Below, piece by piece: positions 45,645 through 55,372 of a stretch of 64,000 bases of DNA. The position numbers and the translations under genes were made by a program. Position 1 is the stretch's first letter. Each line of letters begins with the position of its first letter. The stretch lies in contig JBIOJO010000012.1 in the NCBI GenBank assembly GCA_044450965.1, positions 3,040 to 67,039 on the forward strand, in the 5' to 3' direction. The stretch comes from Elusimicrobiota bacterium (GTDB lineage: Bacteria; Elusimicrobiota; Elusimicrobia; UBA1565; UBA9628). The notes below the pieces were generated by a model. It saw only the letters and a program-made list of their open reading frames with translations. It did not search any database and was not told the DNA's origin.

Positions 45645-46430
45645 TCAACGCGCGTCGAGCCCGACGACCTCGCCCTTCGCCGTCTTTGGGCGCCACGCCA
45701 GCCAGGCCTTCTCGAAGGAGCTTGCGTCCTGATAGCCGTAGACCTCTCGGAGCGCGGTCTCGGAATCGGAGCCGCCGCGCAGCGCCGCGCAGAAGTCGGG
45801 GAAGCGCGCCTCCACGTGGCCCAGCCGGAGGAAGATCACGACGCTGCGGGCCTGGCGGTACCAGGCGTTCACGCGCGCGCCGGGGGAGTCCTGGCCCGGG
45901 CGCGTGCCCAGGAAGGCCTTCATCGGGATCGGCGCGCCGATGACCGGACCCTTGTCGCGGGGGTCGGGCAGGGAGAGAGCGTCGTCCTGAAGCATCCCGG
46001 CCAACCCTTCGTCCAGCCAGCTGGGCGGCGCGGCGGGCTTCTCGTCGAAGTAGGCGTGGAAATAGAGGTGGGTCAGCTCGTGGGCCGCGATCGACGTGTC
46101 CAGCGGTTCGTACACGGCCAGCGCCTTCTCTCCGCGCGCGTCGCTCATCAGGCCGCCGGACCATGCCGGCGGGTGAAAGCGGCCCTTGAGGAAGGAATCG
46201 CGGCCGGAATACAGATAGACGTGAACCTTCTCCTGGGTCATCCACGGCACCAGAGGCCAGAGCGCGGGGTGAAGCGCCTCGTAGATGCGCTCGACGCGGT
46301 TCTCGTCCCCGAGGGGGCTTCCCGGGCTCTCGTGGTGGACGACGAAGTGCGCGGTCTCTTCGGAGCTCCAGGACGATTCGGGCTGGGCCGCGGCGGCTCG
46401 GGCCAGGGCGAGAACGAGGATCGCGAGCAT
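45645..46430 (-). CDS. secreted HExxH zinc-metallopeptidase-like protein
   Basis: Signal peptide. AAHELTHLYFHAYF...WLDEGLAGML is gluzincin-like (HExxH plus a downstream Glu). Confidence 0.55.
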   Translation of the reverse strand: MLAILVLALARAAAAQPESSWSSEETAHFVVHHESPGSPLGDENRVERIYEALHPALWPLVPWMTQEKVHVYLYSGRDSFLKGRFHPPAWSGGLMSDARGEKALAVYEPLDTSIAAHELTHLYFHAYFDEKPAAPPSWLDEGLAGMLQDDALSLPDPRDKGPVIGAPIPMKAFLGTRPGQDSPGARVNAWYRQARSVVIFLRLGHVEARFPDFCAALRGGSDSETALREVYGYQDASSFEKAWLAWRPKTAKGEVVGLDAR

Positions 46431-46508
46431 TCCTTGAGTGTAGCCGAGGCGCGCGGGGATTCAAGGGGGAATCTTCCTTTTCGGCGCTGATATTCGTAAT
46501 ATGCCCTC

Positions 46509-47600
46509 ATGGTCAGAAGAATCCTCGTCGCGGCGCTCCTGTGCTCCGCCGCCGTTCCCGGCCGGGCGGCCGGCGTGGCCGTGCAATCCCTCGGCTACCA
46601 GCTGCTCGAAGGTGGGAAATTTCCCGCCTTCTACGCCCATCTGCTCGGCGCGGACTTCAACGCCGCGTGGACGCGCTACCAGCAGTCCAATCCCTCCACC
46701 GCCCAGGAGATGTTCCTGGACGACGCGGTGCGCCCCCAGAGCAACGACTTCGCCGTGATCGTCCTCTCCAACCCGGACGCCGCCGACGCGAAGGTGCGCG
46801 TCGAGGTCGGCGTCGAGGGCTACGCCGAACCCGCCGCCCAGACGGTGGTGGTTCCGGCGAACGGCACCGCGACGGTCTCCTTGACCCCCGCCTTCACCGA
46901 CAAGCTCTACTCGCTCCAGGAGTCCGCGCCCGCCAACGTGGACACGAAGGTGACCGACGCGGACGGGAAGGTCCTCTTCGAGAAAACGAAGCGGATCACC
47001 TTGCTGAGCAAGGACTATCTGGTCTGGGGCATCGACTCGGACTACGACCTGGCCTTCGGCGTGGCCGCGTTCGTGACCCCGCACGACTCGGGCAAGGCCA
47101 TCGACCGCCTGCTCAGCGCGGCGGCGGAGAAGGCCTCCGGCCGGGCCTTGGGCGGCTATCAGGGCGACGATCACCAGAAATCCGTGGAAGACCAGGCGCG
47201 CGCGATCTACCAGACCATCCACGAGATGGGGGTGAAGTACGTCAACGCGCCCGTCTCCTACGGCAAGAACGACCAGCGCATCAAGTTCCCGGCGGAGAGC
47301 CTGGCCGACAAGTCCGGCAACTGCATCGAGGGGACCTTGCTGTTCGCCAGCGCCTTCGAGAGCCTGGGGATGCGCCCCGTGGTGATCCTGGTCCCGGGAC
47401 ACGCCTTCGTCGGCGTGCGCCTGTGGGACAACGACGACACGATCCTGCCGATCGAGACCACCATGGTGGGCACCGATCCGTACAAGGACGCGGTCGCCAC
47501 CGCGGTGCAGGAACTGAACCAATATCTGGCCGACGGGACCGCGACCATCGTGGACATCTCCGTGCTGCGCCAGATGGGCATCACGCCGGCGCCGAACTGA
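46509..47600 (+). CDS. secreted transglutaminase-like (papain-fold Cys-His-Asp) domain protein
   Basis: Signal peptide. SGNCIEGTLLFASAFESLGMRPVVILVPGHAFVGVRLWDNDD matches the transglutaminase-like core, with the Cys in GNC and the His in PGHAF. Confidence 0.6.
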   Translation: MVRRILVAALLCSAAVPGRAAGVAVQSLGYQLLEGGKFPAFYAHLLGADFNAAWTRYQQSNPSTAQEMFLDDAVRPQSNDFAVIVLSNPDAADAKVRVEVGVEGYAEPAAQTVVVPANGTATVSLTPAFTDKLYSLQESAPANVDTKVTDADGKVLFEKTKRITLLSKDYLVWGIDSDYDLAFGVAAFVTPHDSGKAIDRLLSAAAEKASGRALGGYQGDDHQKSVEDQARAIYQTIHEMGVKYVNAPVSYGKNDQRIKFPAESLADKSGNCIEGTLLFASAFESLGMRPVVILVPGHAFVGVRLWDNDDTILPIETTMVGTDPYKDAVATAVQELNQYLADGTATIVDISVLRQMGITPAPN

Positions 47601-47616
47601 GAGGCTGGAGAATATC

Positions 47617-48537
47617 ATGAACATCACCCGCGCCGCCCTCGTGCTCCTTCTCGCCGGTTCCGCGTCCGCGCAGAGCGCCGCCCAGCAGCAGGCGCTCAAG
47701 CTGGACGCCGACCTGGTCCGCACCATGACCGACGCGGTGTTCCTGAGCCTGACCGGGCGCTCCGTCGGCGACGACGCCGCCGCGCCCGACGCGTCCGCGC
47801 CCGACGCGACCGCCTCCGCCGACGGCCCCGACAGCCGCCTGTCCCGGCCGCGCGCGTTGTCCTTGATGTACGAGACCTTGGCGTCCTACGAATACGCCCA
47901 GGCCGACGCGGGCGGGAAGCCGCAGGAAGCGGGGGCGAAGCTGTCCTCGCGCAAGTCCGGGCTGCGGGACCGCAAGGCGTCCGCGTCCTTGGAGAAGATC
48001 CGCTCCCGCCTGCACGCGAGCAAGGCCGCTCCGGTGGAGAGCGGACGCTCGGTGGCGGTGGGAAACAAGCGTCTGGCGGCGTTGAACAAGAGCGTGGCCG
48101 ATCTGAACGCCCAGCTCCAGGACCCGGCCGCGACGCCGGCGGCGAAGGCCGCGCTGCACGCGAAGATCGGCAAGGTGTACGACCAGATGTCCGCGGCGGC
48201 GCGCTACCAGGCCAGCGTCGCGGTCGTGACCGGCTCGGTGCTGGACGATTCTTCCGACGCGTCCACTGCCGCTCCGGCGGCCCCCGCCGCGCCCGCGGCG
48301 ACGGATTCTCCTCAGGTCTCGCATAAGGCGGCGAAAGCCGCCAAAGCGGGCAAGGCCGCGGCGCGCCCCAAAGCCCGCGTCGCCGACGACGCCTCCGTCG
48401 CGCCTGACGCGAGCGACGCGCCCGACGCTCCCGCGGCGGACGACGCGGCCGCCTCCGCAGCCGACCTCAACGACATGTCCTCGAAAATGCACGACCGCAT
48501 CCAAGCGACGAAGTTCGAAGATCCCAAGCCGAAGTAA
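47617..48537 (+). CDS. secreted Ala-rich low-complexity protein (hypothetical)
   Basis: Signal peptide ALVLLLAGSASAQSA. Ala/Lys-rich, probably coiled-coil. RBS-like GGAGAATATC upstream. Confidence 0.5.
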   Translation: MNITRAALVLLLAGSASAQSAAQQQALKLDADLVRTMTDAVFLSLTGRSVGDDAAAPDASAPDATASADGPDSRLSRPRALSLMYETLASYEYAQADAGGKPQEAGAKLSSRKSGLRDRKASASLEKIRSRLHASKAAPVESGRSVAVGNKRLAALNKSVADLNAQLQDPAATPAAKAALHAKIGKVYDQMSAAARYQASVAVVTGSVLDDSSDASTAAPAAPAAPAATDSPQVSHKAAKAAKAGKAAARPKARVADDASVAPDASDAPDAPAADDAAASAADLNDMSSKMHDRIQATKFEDPKPK

Positions 48538-48562
48538 GTCATACCCGCGAGGTTCCTCCTTT

Positions 48563-51346
48563 ATGAAGCTGATCGCCCTTCTCTCCGCCCTGGTTCTCTG
48601 CGCCGCGTCGGCGCGTCCCGCCTCCGCCGCCGATCCGGTGGTCCGCCTGCAGAAGCTGGCGGCCAAGGTCCGCGCGCTCAAGGGCTCGGTCACGATCAAG
48701 CCCAGCAAGAAGGCCGCGGCCCGCGCCGCAGGCGCGAAGTCCGCGAAGGCGGGCAAGATCCCGGCTTCGAACAAGGCGACGAAGGCCACGGCCCTGCGCT
48801 CGCTGTACCGCCAGCTGGCCGTGCGCGATCTGCGTTCGTGCCTGTCTTCCTCGCTTCCCAAGGCCGGCGTCGCGCGGGTGAAGTCCTCCCTGCGTAGCCT
48901 GCGCGTGGCCGGCGAACGCCTCGCAGACGACGAGGCGACGACCGCCTTTCCCGACGCCGATCTGGACAACGACTCCGATTTGGCCGACGCCTGCGGCTGC
49001 GGAACCGGCATGGCGCCGCTGGGCGAGGACTCCTACGGCCTGTGCTACTGCGCCGACTCGGCCGACGCGTCCTTCGCCGCCGCGGCCGCCGACTCGGACG
49101 ATTCGTCCACGGACGTGGCCGTCTCCAGCGTCGCCGTTTCGACGTCGGCCGTTCCCGCCGCGTCGGCGGATCCCATCTTCTCGACCGTGCAGTTCGCGCG
49201 GCTGTCCCACGCCGCCCGCGCCGCGACGAAGGCCCTCTCATCCCGCGAGACGCCGAAGGCCGTCGCCGGCGCCAAGGTCAGCGCTCAAGCCCGGCTGCAT
49301 TTCTCGCGCGCGATGACCTACCAGCGCATGGCCGCCGCGGCCACGCGTCCCCTGTTCCCGTCCAAGGCGCCGACTTCCGCCGCGTTGAAGGGCCTGGCCC
49401 GGACTTTGCGGGCCGGACGCGGCCCGATCGCCGTGTCGCGGCCCTTGGCCGGGGGCGGCTACCGCTCGGTCATGATCCCGCGCAGCCTGGCGCTGAAAAA
49501 GACTTACCGGGCCATGGCGGCGTTGGACTACCGCGCGGCGTTGGTCGCGGGCCTGCCGGCGGCGAAGGCGGGCAAGGCCGAGATGGGCATCTTCCGGATC
49601 GCGGCGTCGGCGTCCGGGGTGCGGCGCAAGGCGAAAAAATCCGCCCGCAAGGCCGGCGTGAAAATCGCCGACGACGACGGGGAGGATGACGGCGGTGGCG
49701 ACGTTTCCTATTCCGCGCCGGACGACCCGGGCTACGGCGACGTGAGCCAGAGCGACTCCAGCGGCTACGATTCCAGCGCCGGCGATGATTCCACCGCCGC
49801 CCTCGCGCCGGACGACTCCGGCTCCCCCGACGATTCCAGCGCTACGGACGCGGTTGCTTACCAGGGCGCGGACGACACCAGCGTGTCCGCCGACGACAAC
49901 GAAGGGGGGGACTCCTCCGGCGGCGACTCCGCACCGACTTGGAGCAATGACGCGACGGACGACTCCGGTTACGCCGGGCAGAACATCGTCCCGTTGACGC
50001 CTTTCGACAACACGCCCTTGGTGGATCCGGGCAGCGACGATCCCGCGCCGAGCGGCGACGCCAGCCAGTTTGCCGACACGTGGGGCGCGACGTCCGATTC
50101 GCTCACCGACGCGCTGGTCTCCGGTCCCGACGTGACGGCCTCCACGGACGACGGGACGGCGCCCTCCGATGACGGCACCGCGACGGCGACTGACGGCACG
50201 GCGAGTGCCGATGACGGCGCCGCCGCGACGGCGGACTCCGGCGACGATGCGACGTCCCAGGAACCGGTCGTCACTTTGGACGACGGAACGGGCGACGGCG
50301 GGTCCGCGGCGGTCACTGACGGGACGGCCGCTCCGGCGACGCCGGACGCGTCCGTATCCACTGATGGGACTGCGGCTCCGGATCCTCTGGACGGCGGTTC
50401 GTGCCAGCCGGATTCCACGACTCTCTCTCACTACAAGGGCGGGAAGAAGGCCGGAATCGTGGACTGGTGCAAACAGAAGCTGAACCAAGGGGTGAATTAC
50501 GTTCTCAATGTGTTGAATTCGCCCGCGGGCCAGGTTCCCGCCTGGTCGACCCCAGCTCCTGACCCGGTGTTACCCGCCCAGGCGCCGGGACAGAGCGATG
50601 ATGATTACTTCGCGCAGCATAAGAATGACATCTGTGTTTCACATGGACTCGTGGGCGGAACGTTGAACTGTCCGAAGAATTGGACCCCGATCGGGACGAG
50701 TTGCTGGTTGGAGACGAAAGAGTATAAATGCGCCGATTTGACGCTTAGAGGTCGAGTTCGGAACATCGCTCAAGCGTGCCCGGCGAGCAGCAAGGCCATC
50801 GCCGGCGGTAAGAAGTCCGGCTTCGTGATGTGCGCGGTCCAGCGTAAGTCTTCGAAAGCGGCGGGCCCGATCAAGGGCAATCGCTTGTACAGCCATCTGG
50901 CTAAGCTGGAGAAGGCGGCGAACCGCTACTCGAAAATCGTCAGCGCGAAGGCGGCCAAGCCCGCGCGCAAGTCCGCGGCGCTTTTCGCACGGGCTCAGGC
51001 GTACGAGAAGATGGCGGCGGCCATCCCAGTGCGCGGCCGTAAGTCCGCGCGCAAGAGCGCGAAGGCCAACGCGCCTCCTCAGGCCAAGAAGGCCGAGGCC
51101 AGGAAAGCGGCCGTTCCGAAGGCGGCGGTGAAGAAAGCCGTGGTCGCGGAGGACGTCGCGCCGGCTCCCGGTCCGGACGCGGCGGTCTCTCCCGACTCCG
51201 CGGCGACGCCGGATGTCGCGCCCGCTCCCGACAATTCTCCTGCGGCCGACCCGATCAAAGCCGCCGAGCAGGAGATGAACGACCAGGAAAAGGACATGGA
51301 CCAGGAGATCCAGAAACGGCTTCCGCCGACGCCCGCGGGGAAGTAG
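48563..51346 (+). CDS. secreted 927-aa low-complexity protein (Ala/Lys-rich ends, acidic Asp/Ser/Gly-rich core, Cys-rich module)
   Basis: Signal peptide LIALLSALVLCAASARPASA. Long acidic stretch DDSGYDSSAGDDS.... Cys-rich segment CQPDS...CKQK...CVSHG...CPKNW...CWLETKEYKCADL...CPASS...MCAV. Lys/Ala-rich C-terminus. Confidence 0.55.
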   Translation: MKLIALLSALVLCAASARPASAADPVVRLQKLAAKVRALKGSVTIKPSKKAAARAAGAKSAKAGKIPASNKATKATALRSLYRQLAVRDLRSCLSSSLPKAGVARVKSSLRSLRVAGERLADDEATTAFPDADLDNDSDLADACGCGTGMAPLGEDSYGLCYCADSADASFAAAAADSDDSSTDVAVSSVAVSTSAVPAASADPIFSTVQFARLSHAARAATKALSSRETPKAVAGAKVSAQARLHFSRAMTYQRMAAAATRPLFPSKAPTSAALKGLARTLRAGRGPIAVSRPLAGGGYRSVMIPRSLALKKTYRAMAALDYRAALVAGLPAAKAGKAEMGIFRIAASASGVRRKAKKSARKAGVKIADDDGEDDGGGDVSYSAPDDPGYGDVSQSDSSGYDSSAGDDSTAALAPDDSGSPDDSSATDAVAYQGADDTSVSADDNEGGDSSGGDSAPTWSNDATDDSGYAGQNIVPLTPFDNTPLVDPGSDDPAPSGDASQFADTWGATSDSLTDALVSGPDVTASTDDGTAPSDDGTATATDGTASADDGAAATADSGDDATSQEPVVTLDDGTGDGGSAAVTDGTAAPATPDASVSTDGTAAPDPLDGGSCQPDSTTLSHYKGGKKAGIVDWCKQKLNQGVNYVLNVLNSPAGQVPAWSTPAPDPVLPAQAPGQSDDDYFAQHKNDICVSHGLVGGTLNCPKNWTPIGTSCWLETKEYKCADLTLRGRVRNIAQACPASSKAIAGGKKSGFVMCAVQRKSSKAAGPIKGNRLYSHLAKLEKAANRYSKIVSAKAAKPARKSAALFARAQAYEKMAAAIPVRGRKSARKSAKANAPPQAKKAEARKAAVPKAAVKKAVVAEDVAPAPGPDAAVSPDSAATPDVAPAPDNSPAADPIKAAEQEMNDQEKDMDQEIQKRLPPTPAGK

Positions 51347-51353
51347 TCCGAGT

Positions 51354-52769
51354 CTAGGGCTTCACTGTCCAAGACCTCGCGTCCGGCGCGACGCTGGAGA
51401 CGGTGAGCGCCTGACCGACGTGCGCCAGCACCAGGTTTGCCGTGGAGAACGGGTCCTTGGCGTCGTTCGCGCTCAGTACGGTCAGATCTTCGATCGCTCC
51501 GGGCCAACGCCCGTGCTGTCTCCGATATTGCGCGGCGGCCAGGCCCACGCGCGCCTCTCTCAAGTAGGCCGTGTGGATCAATGCCTTTTCACGTATATGG
51601 GAATAATCCGGTATTGCGTAAAGTCCGATAAGCCAGCGCCTTTGGAACGAGGCATCGACCACTTTCACGTAATCGTCGCGGTGCAGGGGTATCGAATCCC
51701 GGATCGCCAGGTAAAAGGGGACGTTGGATCGGATCGCGGCGGCCAGGTCCAATTTAATGAACGGCCAGTAGTAGGGCATGATCGCGAAGAAATCACGCCG
51801 TTCGCCGCGGTATTTCCCGAAAGCGACGTCCCACCAGCGCAGACGGGAGAAGTGCATCGGATCCGTGAACAGCTCTTGGCGCAACGCGATCCAGAAGCCC
51901 TCTTCGTGCGGCGCGGGATCCAACAAATCGTCCCAGCGCGCGCGCGCGTCCGCTGGCGATACACGCGCGGACACAGCGTTTGCGGCGCGAAGAAGGTCGA
52001 TGTCGATCAGCATCGCGCATAGAGGTCCAATGAGGAGCGGCTCTCGAGAGAAAGATCGAGCCATCAGGAGACCCTGACGCACGGTCTCCAAGGCTTCCTT
52101 CCCGTGGCCGTGGCGGCTCTCCAAGACCGCTCGGACCGCGAGCAGTCTTCCGGTCATCACGGCGCCGAAATGCAGGGGAGTGGGGCGTTCCCAAGACGGG
52201 TCGTGCTCCCAGTCGATCGCCCAGTCCGCGCGCGGGAGGTCCTCCGCACGCCGCGCCAGTGCGAGCGCCTCATCGTGACGCGTGATCACGGAGGCCGCGG
52301 GAGGCTCATCGGCGCTCTTAAGGGTTCCGGCCTGAGCCTTGTCGAGAAAGTCGGTGAGTATCTTCGTTTCGGTCGAGCGGAGCCGGTCGTCACGCATCGA
52401 AGGCGTGTCGTTCATGGCCAGGTAGAGCGGAGCGGCGTTGCCCGCGTCACGGGGATCGACGGGGGCGTGATCGGTCGTCATGCCGACTTCGCGGGCGGCG
52501 GCCGCCGCGCGGTTCAACGCGAGGAGTCCGAAAGTATTCCAGACAAGCCCGGTCGCGAGGATTCCGGCCACGATCCCGGCAAGCACCGGGCCGACGGCGG
52601 GGCGTCCATTCCGGAAAGCGCGGACCAAGAGTCCAGCGGCGGTCAGGACGGCCACAGCGGAAAAGAAGACGGCCCCGATCTTGCCGAGCCGGGCGATGTT
52701 GCCGAACGCCAGACCGACCGTGCTGTAGACGGCGAACGTCAGTCCGGTGGTTTGGAAGAATACGCGCAT
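51354..52769 (-). CDS. hypothetical integral membrane protein
   Basis: Start MRVFFQTTGLTFAVYSTVGL at 52769. Four N-terminal TM helices, then a soluble domain. The 884-aa ORF on the track extends upstream over the neighbouring gene in a different frame and is rejected there. Confidence 0.5.
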   Translation of the reverse strand: MRVFFQTTGLTFAVYSTVGLAFGNIARLGKIGAVFFSAVAVLTAAGLLVRAFRNGRPAVGPVLAGIVAGILATGLVWNTFGLLALNRAAAAAREVGMTTDHAPVDPRDAGNAAPLYLAMNDTPSMRDDRLRSTETKILTDFLDKAQAGTLKSADEPPAASVITRHDEALALARRAEDLPRADWAIDWEHDPSWERPTPLHFGAVMTGRLLAVRAVLESRHGHGKEALETVRQGLLMARSFSREPLLIGPLCAMLIDIDLLRAANAVSARVSPADARARWDDLLDPAPHEEGFWIALRQELFTDPMHFSRLRWWDVAFGKYRGERRDFFAIMPYYWPFIKLDLAAAIRSNVPFYLAIRDSIPLHRDDYVKVVDASFQRRWLIGLYAIPDYSHIREKALIHTAYLREARVGLAAAQYRRQHGRWPGAIEDLTVLSANDAKDPFSTANLVLAHVGQALTVSSVAPDARSWTVKP

Positions 52770-52828
52770 CGGGGGAGAATAACCCCTAAAGCCACGAAAA
52801 GCAATACCGAATGAGGGCCAGGATCGGG

Positions 52829-55285
52829 TCAGCGCGGAGACGTCACGGGAGCGATCGCCGGACCGTGGGCTTCCGCGGCGGCGCGGATCAGGGCCTCGTG
52901 CGGGATGGTCCCGTCCGTCTTCATGTCGCTGATCAGCACGTGCAGCATGGCCGTGGGGACGTCCTGCGGCTGGCTGTACAGGGTCGTCGGGACGACCAGC
53001 AAGGCCGCGTAGGCGGCGCCGGCGGCCTCGCCCAGGGCCGAGACCAGGGCCTGCCGCACGGTCCAGGTGAAGCCCATGTAGGCCTCGCCCTGGGCGTGCG
53101 GGTCGGGGTTCTGCGGATCGAACTGTGTGGTGTTTTCGCCGGTGCGGATCAGGTTCGGCTTGCCGGCCGGGGGCGTGACGAAGAAGCCCTCGCCTATCAG
53201 GGGGTTGCCGCGGATGAACATGGAGACCGTGTCGGCGATGGCCTCGTTGACGCCGGAGTTCATCACCGGCTCCATGACGAAGCGCACGAAGCGGTAGGCG
53301 GCGTCGGCCGACTGCTCGGCGGTGAGCGCGATCTGCGACAGGATCTGCACCGCGCGGTGCGTGCTCTCGTGGTAGATGATCGAGGGCTGGGCGGTGTTCT
53401 CGAACGACATCGTGTGCGGGCGGCCCAGCTTGTCCTTGAAGGTCACCGTCGCGGCGGCCTGCAGGTTCAGGCTGTCGTCGGCCGGGCTGTAGTACGCGTT
53501 GCCGGGCATGTCGTGCTTGTTGGCCTTCACGCCGCCGCCCAACGGCGCCAGGATGCGCTCGTCGGTCACGCCCGCGGAGTTCTTGAGCCAGTCCACCTGC
53601 TTGGAGTAGTAGATGTAGCCGTTCACTTCGGCTTCCAGCTCCGGATTGGAGCCGTCGGGATTCAAGGTCGCTTTCACGGCCTGGCCCGGCGTGGCGGTCA
53701 AGGTGACGGACACGTCTCCGTTCTTCGCCGCGTCGGCGTCGGTGGTGTCGGCGTAGCGTCCGTTGAGCTTGATCGTGAGCTGGACCGGCCCGGAGGCCGA
53801 GCCCGGAACCGTGAAAGTTCCGTCGGCCGCCGTCGTGGCCACGACCTTGCCCGACGCGTCGTACACGTTGGCGAAGGGCAGCGGCAGCGCCGTGGTCGGC
53901 CCGTGGTCGCTCCCGGTCGTGTTCAAATCGGTGCCGCGCGCCATGGCCGCGCCGCCGATGCCCGAGGCGATGGGGCCGCCGTCGCGCAGGAGCTGCTGGG
54001 CGCTCCACGCGAAGGCCTCGCCGCTCTTCACGTCCACGGCGACGATCACGGGACGGCCTTCAAGATCGGCGGCCTCGTAGACGTTCATCGCGCGCCACGC
54101 GCCGTTCATCTGGGTGATGGTGCGCGTCAGGAACTGGGGCGGCTGCGCGGAGGGGACGGTCTTCTTGGCGCCTTGGACGACGCGCTCCCAAATGCGCGAC
54201 AGGAACTTGCGCAGGGCGCTGGGCGCCGCGTCCGGGGGCGACTGCATGCGCTTGGCGGCGATGGCCTGCATCTGTCCGTCATCGTAGTTGACCGTCAGGA
54301 TATCGGAGGAGATGCCCGGGTAGAGGCGGCCTTCGGTGGCCATGACGGTGGGCTTGCCGTCGGAGAAGACCTTCAGCACGAAGGTCAGGCTGCCGCCGTC
54401 CACCAGCAGATAGTAAGGAGAGCCGTCCTTTTCCGTGCCCTTCTTCCACTGCCGGAAAATCGCGTAGTACGTGTCGGCCTGGCCCTGGGACTTGTCGCCG
54501 GGCACGAACTGGACGTGGACCTTCGCCATGTCGGAGCTGGCCGCGCCGTACTTGGCCGGATCGGAGTCCACCAGCGCGCGCAGCGCCGCTTCGACCGCGG
54601 CGGGATCGGACGCGTTCGCGTTCAGCTTGATGGGAGATGCGCCGTTGGGCAGCTTCTGAGAAGGCGAGGTGTGGAAATCATTGACGCGGACCGAGCCCGC
54701 GTCGCTGGGGCGGGGCTTGGCGTCGAGGCGCACGCCCGGCTGAAGCCGGTGCTCGGCCTGCGGCGCGGTGAGAATGCCTCGGGCGTAGGCGGGCGCGCTC
54801 TCCGGAGCGCGCTCCAGGCCGCCGTCGAAGAAGCGCTCGATCGAGCGGGCGAATCCGGAGGTGACGGCCTGCGCCAGCTGTCCGACGATGGTGCGCGGTG
54901 ACGAATCGGACTTCGCGGCCGGAGCGGCGGAGGTCCGAGCGGGCGCGACCGCCGCGGCGAGCGGCGCCGGAGCGGGGAGAGCGGTCAGAGCGGGGGCGAG
55001 CGCGGCGGCGGGAGCGGCGACGGGCGCCGCGGACACGACGCCGGGAGCGGCGGCGGGGGCCAGCGCGGCCGCGGAAAGGGAGAACGAGGGCGCGGTCAGC
55101 GCCGCGGGGGCCGAGCCGAGCGCGGCGGGAACCGTTCCCATCGCGGAGGGGACGGTCCGCGGAGCGGCCTCGACGAATTGTGCCCGCGCGGGCGCCGCTC
55201 CGAGGAAGGAACTCAGAAGGATCAGCGGCGACAACAACATGGATACGACCTTCTTCGTCGCGCGCGGGCGCAGGAGGTGGCTCAT
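52829..55285 (-). CDS. secreted HExxH zinc metalloprotease-like protein (818 aa)
   Basis: Signal peptide MLLSPLILLSSFLGAAPARA. Ala/Pro-rich linker. Catalytic-looking IIYHESTHRAVQIL with a downstream Glu-containing helix (EAIADTV). Confidence 0.6.
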   Translation of the reverse strand: MSHLLRPRATKKVVSMLLSPLILLSSFLGAAPARAQFVEAAPRTVPSAMGTVPAALGSAPAALTAPSFSLSAAALAPAAAPGVVSAAPVAAPAAALAPALTALPAPAPLAAAVAPARTSAAPAAKSDSSPRTIVGQLAQAVTSGFARSIERFFDGGLERAPESAPAYARGILTAPQAEHRLQPGVRLDAKPRPSDAGSVRVNDFHTSPSQKLPNGASPIKLNANASDPAAVEAALRALVDSDPAKYGAASSDMAKVHVQFVPGDKSQGQADTYYAIFRQWKKGTEKDGSPYYLLVDGGSLTFVLKVFSDGKPTVMATEGRLYPGISSDILTVNYDDGQMQAIAAKRMQSPPDAAPSALRKFLSRIWERVVQGAKKTVPSAQPPQFLTRTITQMNGAWRAMNVYEAADLEGRPVIVAVDVKSGEAFAWSAQQLLRDGGPIASGIGGAAMARGTDLNTTGSDHGPTTALPLPFANVYDASGKVVATTAADGTFTVPGSASGPVQLTIKLNGRYADTTDADAAKNGDVSVTLTATPGQAVKATLNPDGSNPELEAEVNGYIYYSKQVDWLKNSAGVTDERILAPLGGGVKANKHDMPGNAYYSPADDSLNLQAAATVTFKDKLGRPHTMSFENTAQPSIIYHESTHRAVQILSQIALTAEQSADAAYRFVRFVMEPVMNSGVNEAIADTVSMFIRGNPLIGEGFFVTPPAGKPNLIRTGENTTQFDPQNPDPHAQGEAYMGFTWTVRQALVSALGEAAGAAYAALLVVPTTLYSQPQDVPTAMLHVLISDMKTDGTIPHEALIRAAAEAHGPAIAPVTSPR

Positions 55286-55372
55286 GCCTATAGTGTGCCC
55301 GAACGCGGATCGTCCGTCATGGGGCGTTGGGCCCCCTTGAAGCGCGCGAGGGCCCAGAAAAAAATGGGACTT

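Noticed and set aside
52770-54008. Upstream extension of the 884-aa minus-strand ORF beyond the MRVFFQ start
   Set aside because: This portion overlaps the well-supported metalloprotease gene (52829-55285) in another frame and is Arg/His-rich nonsense. The real start is at 52769.
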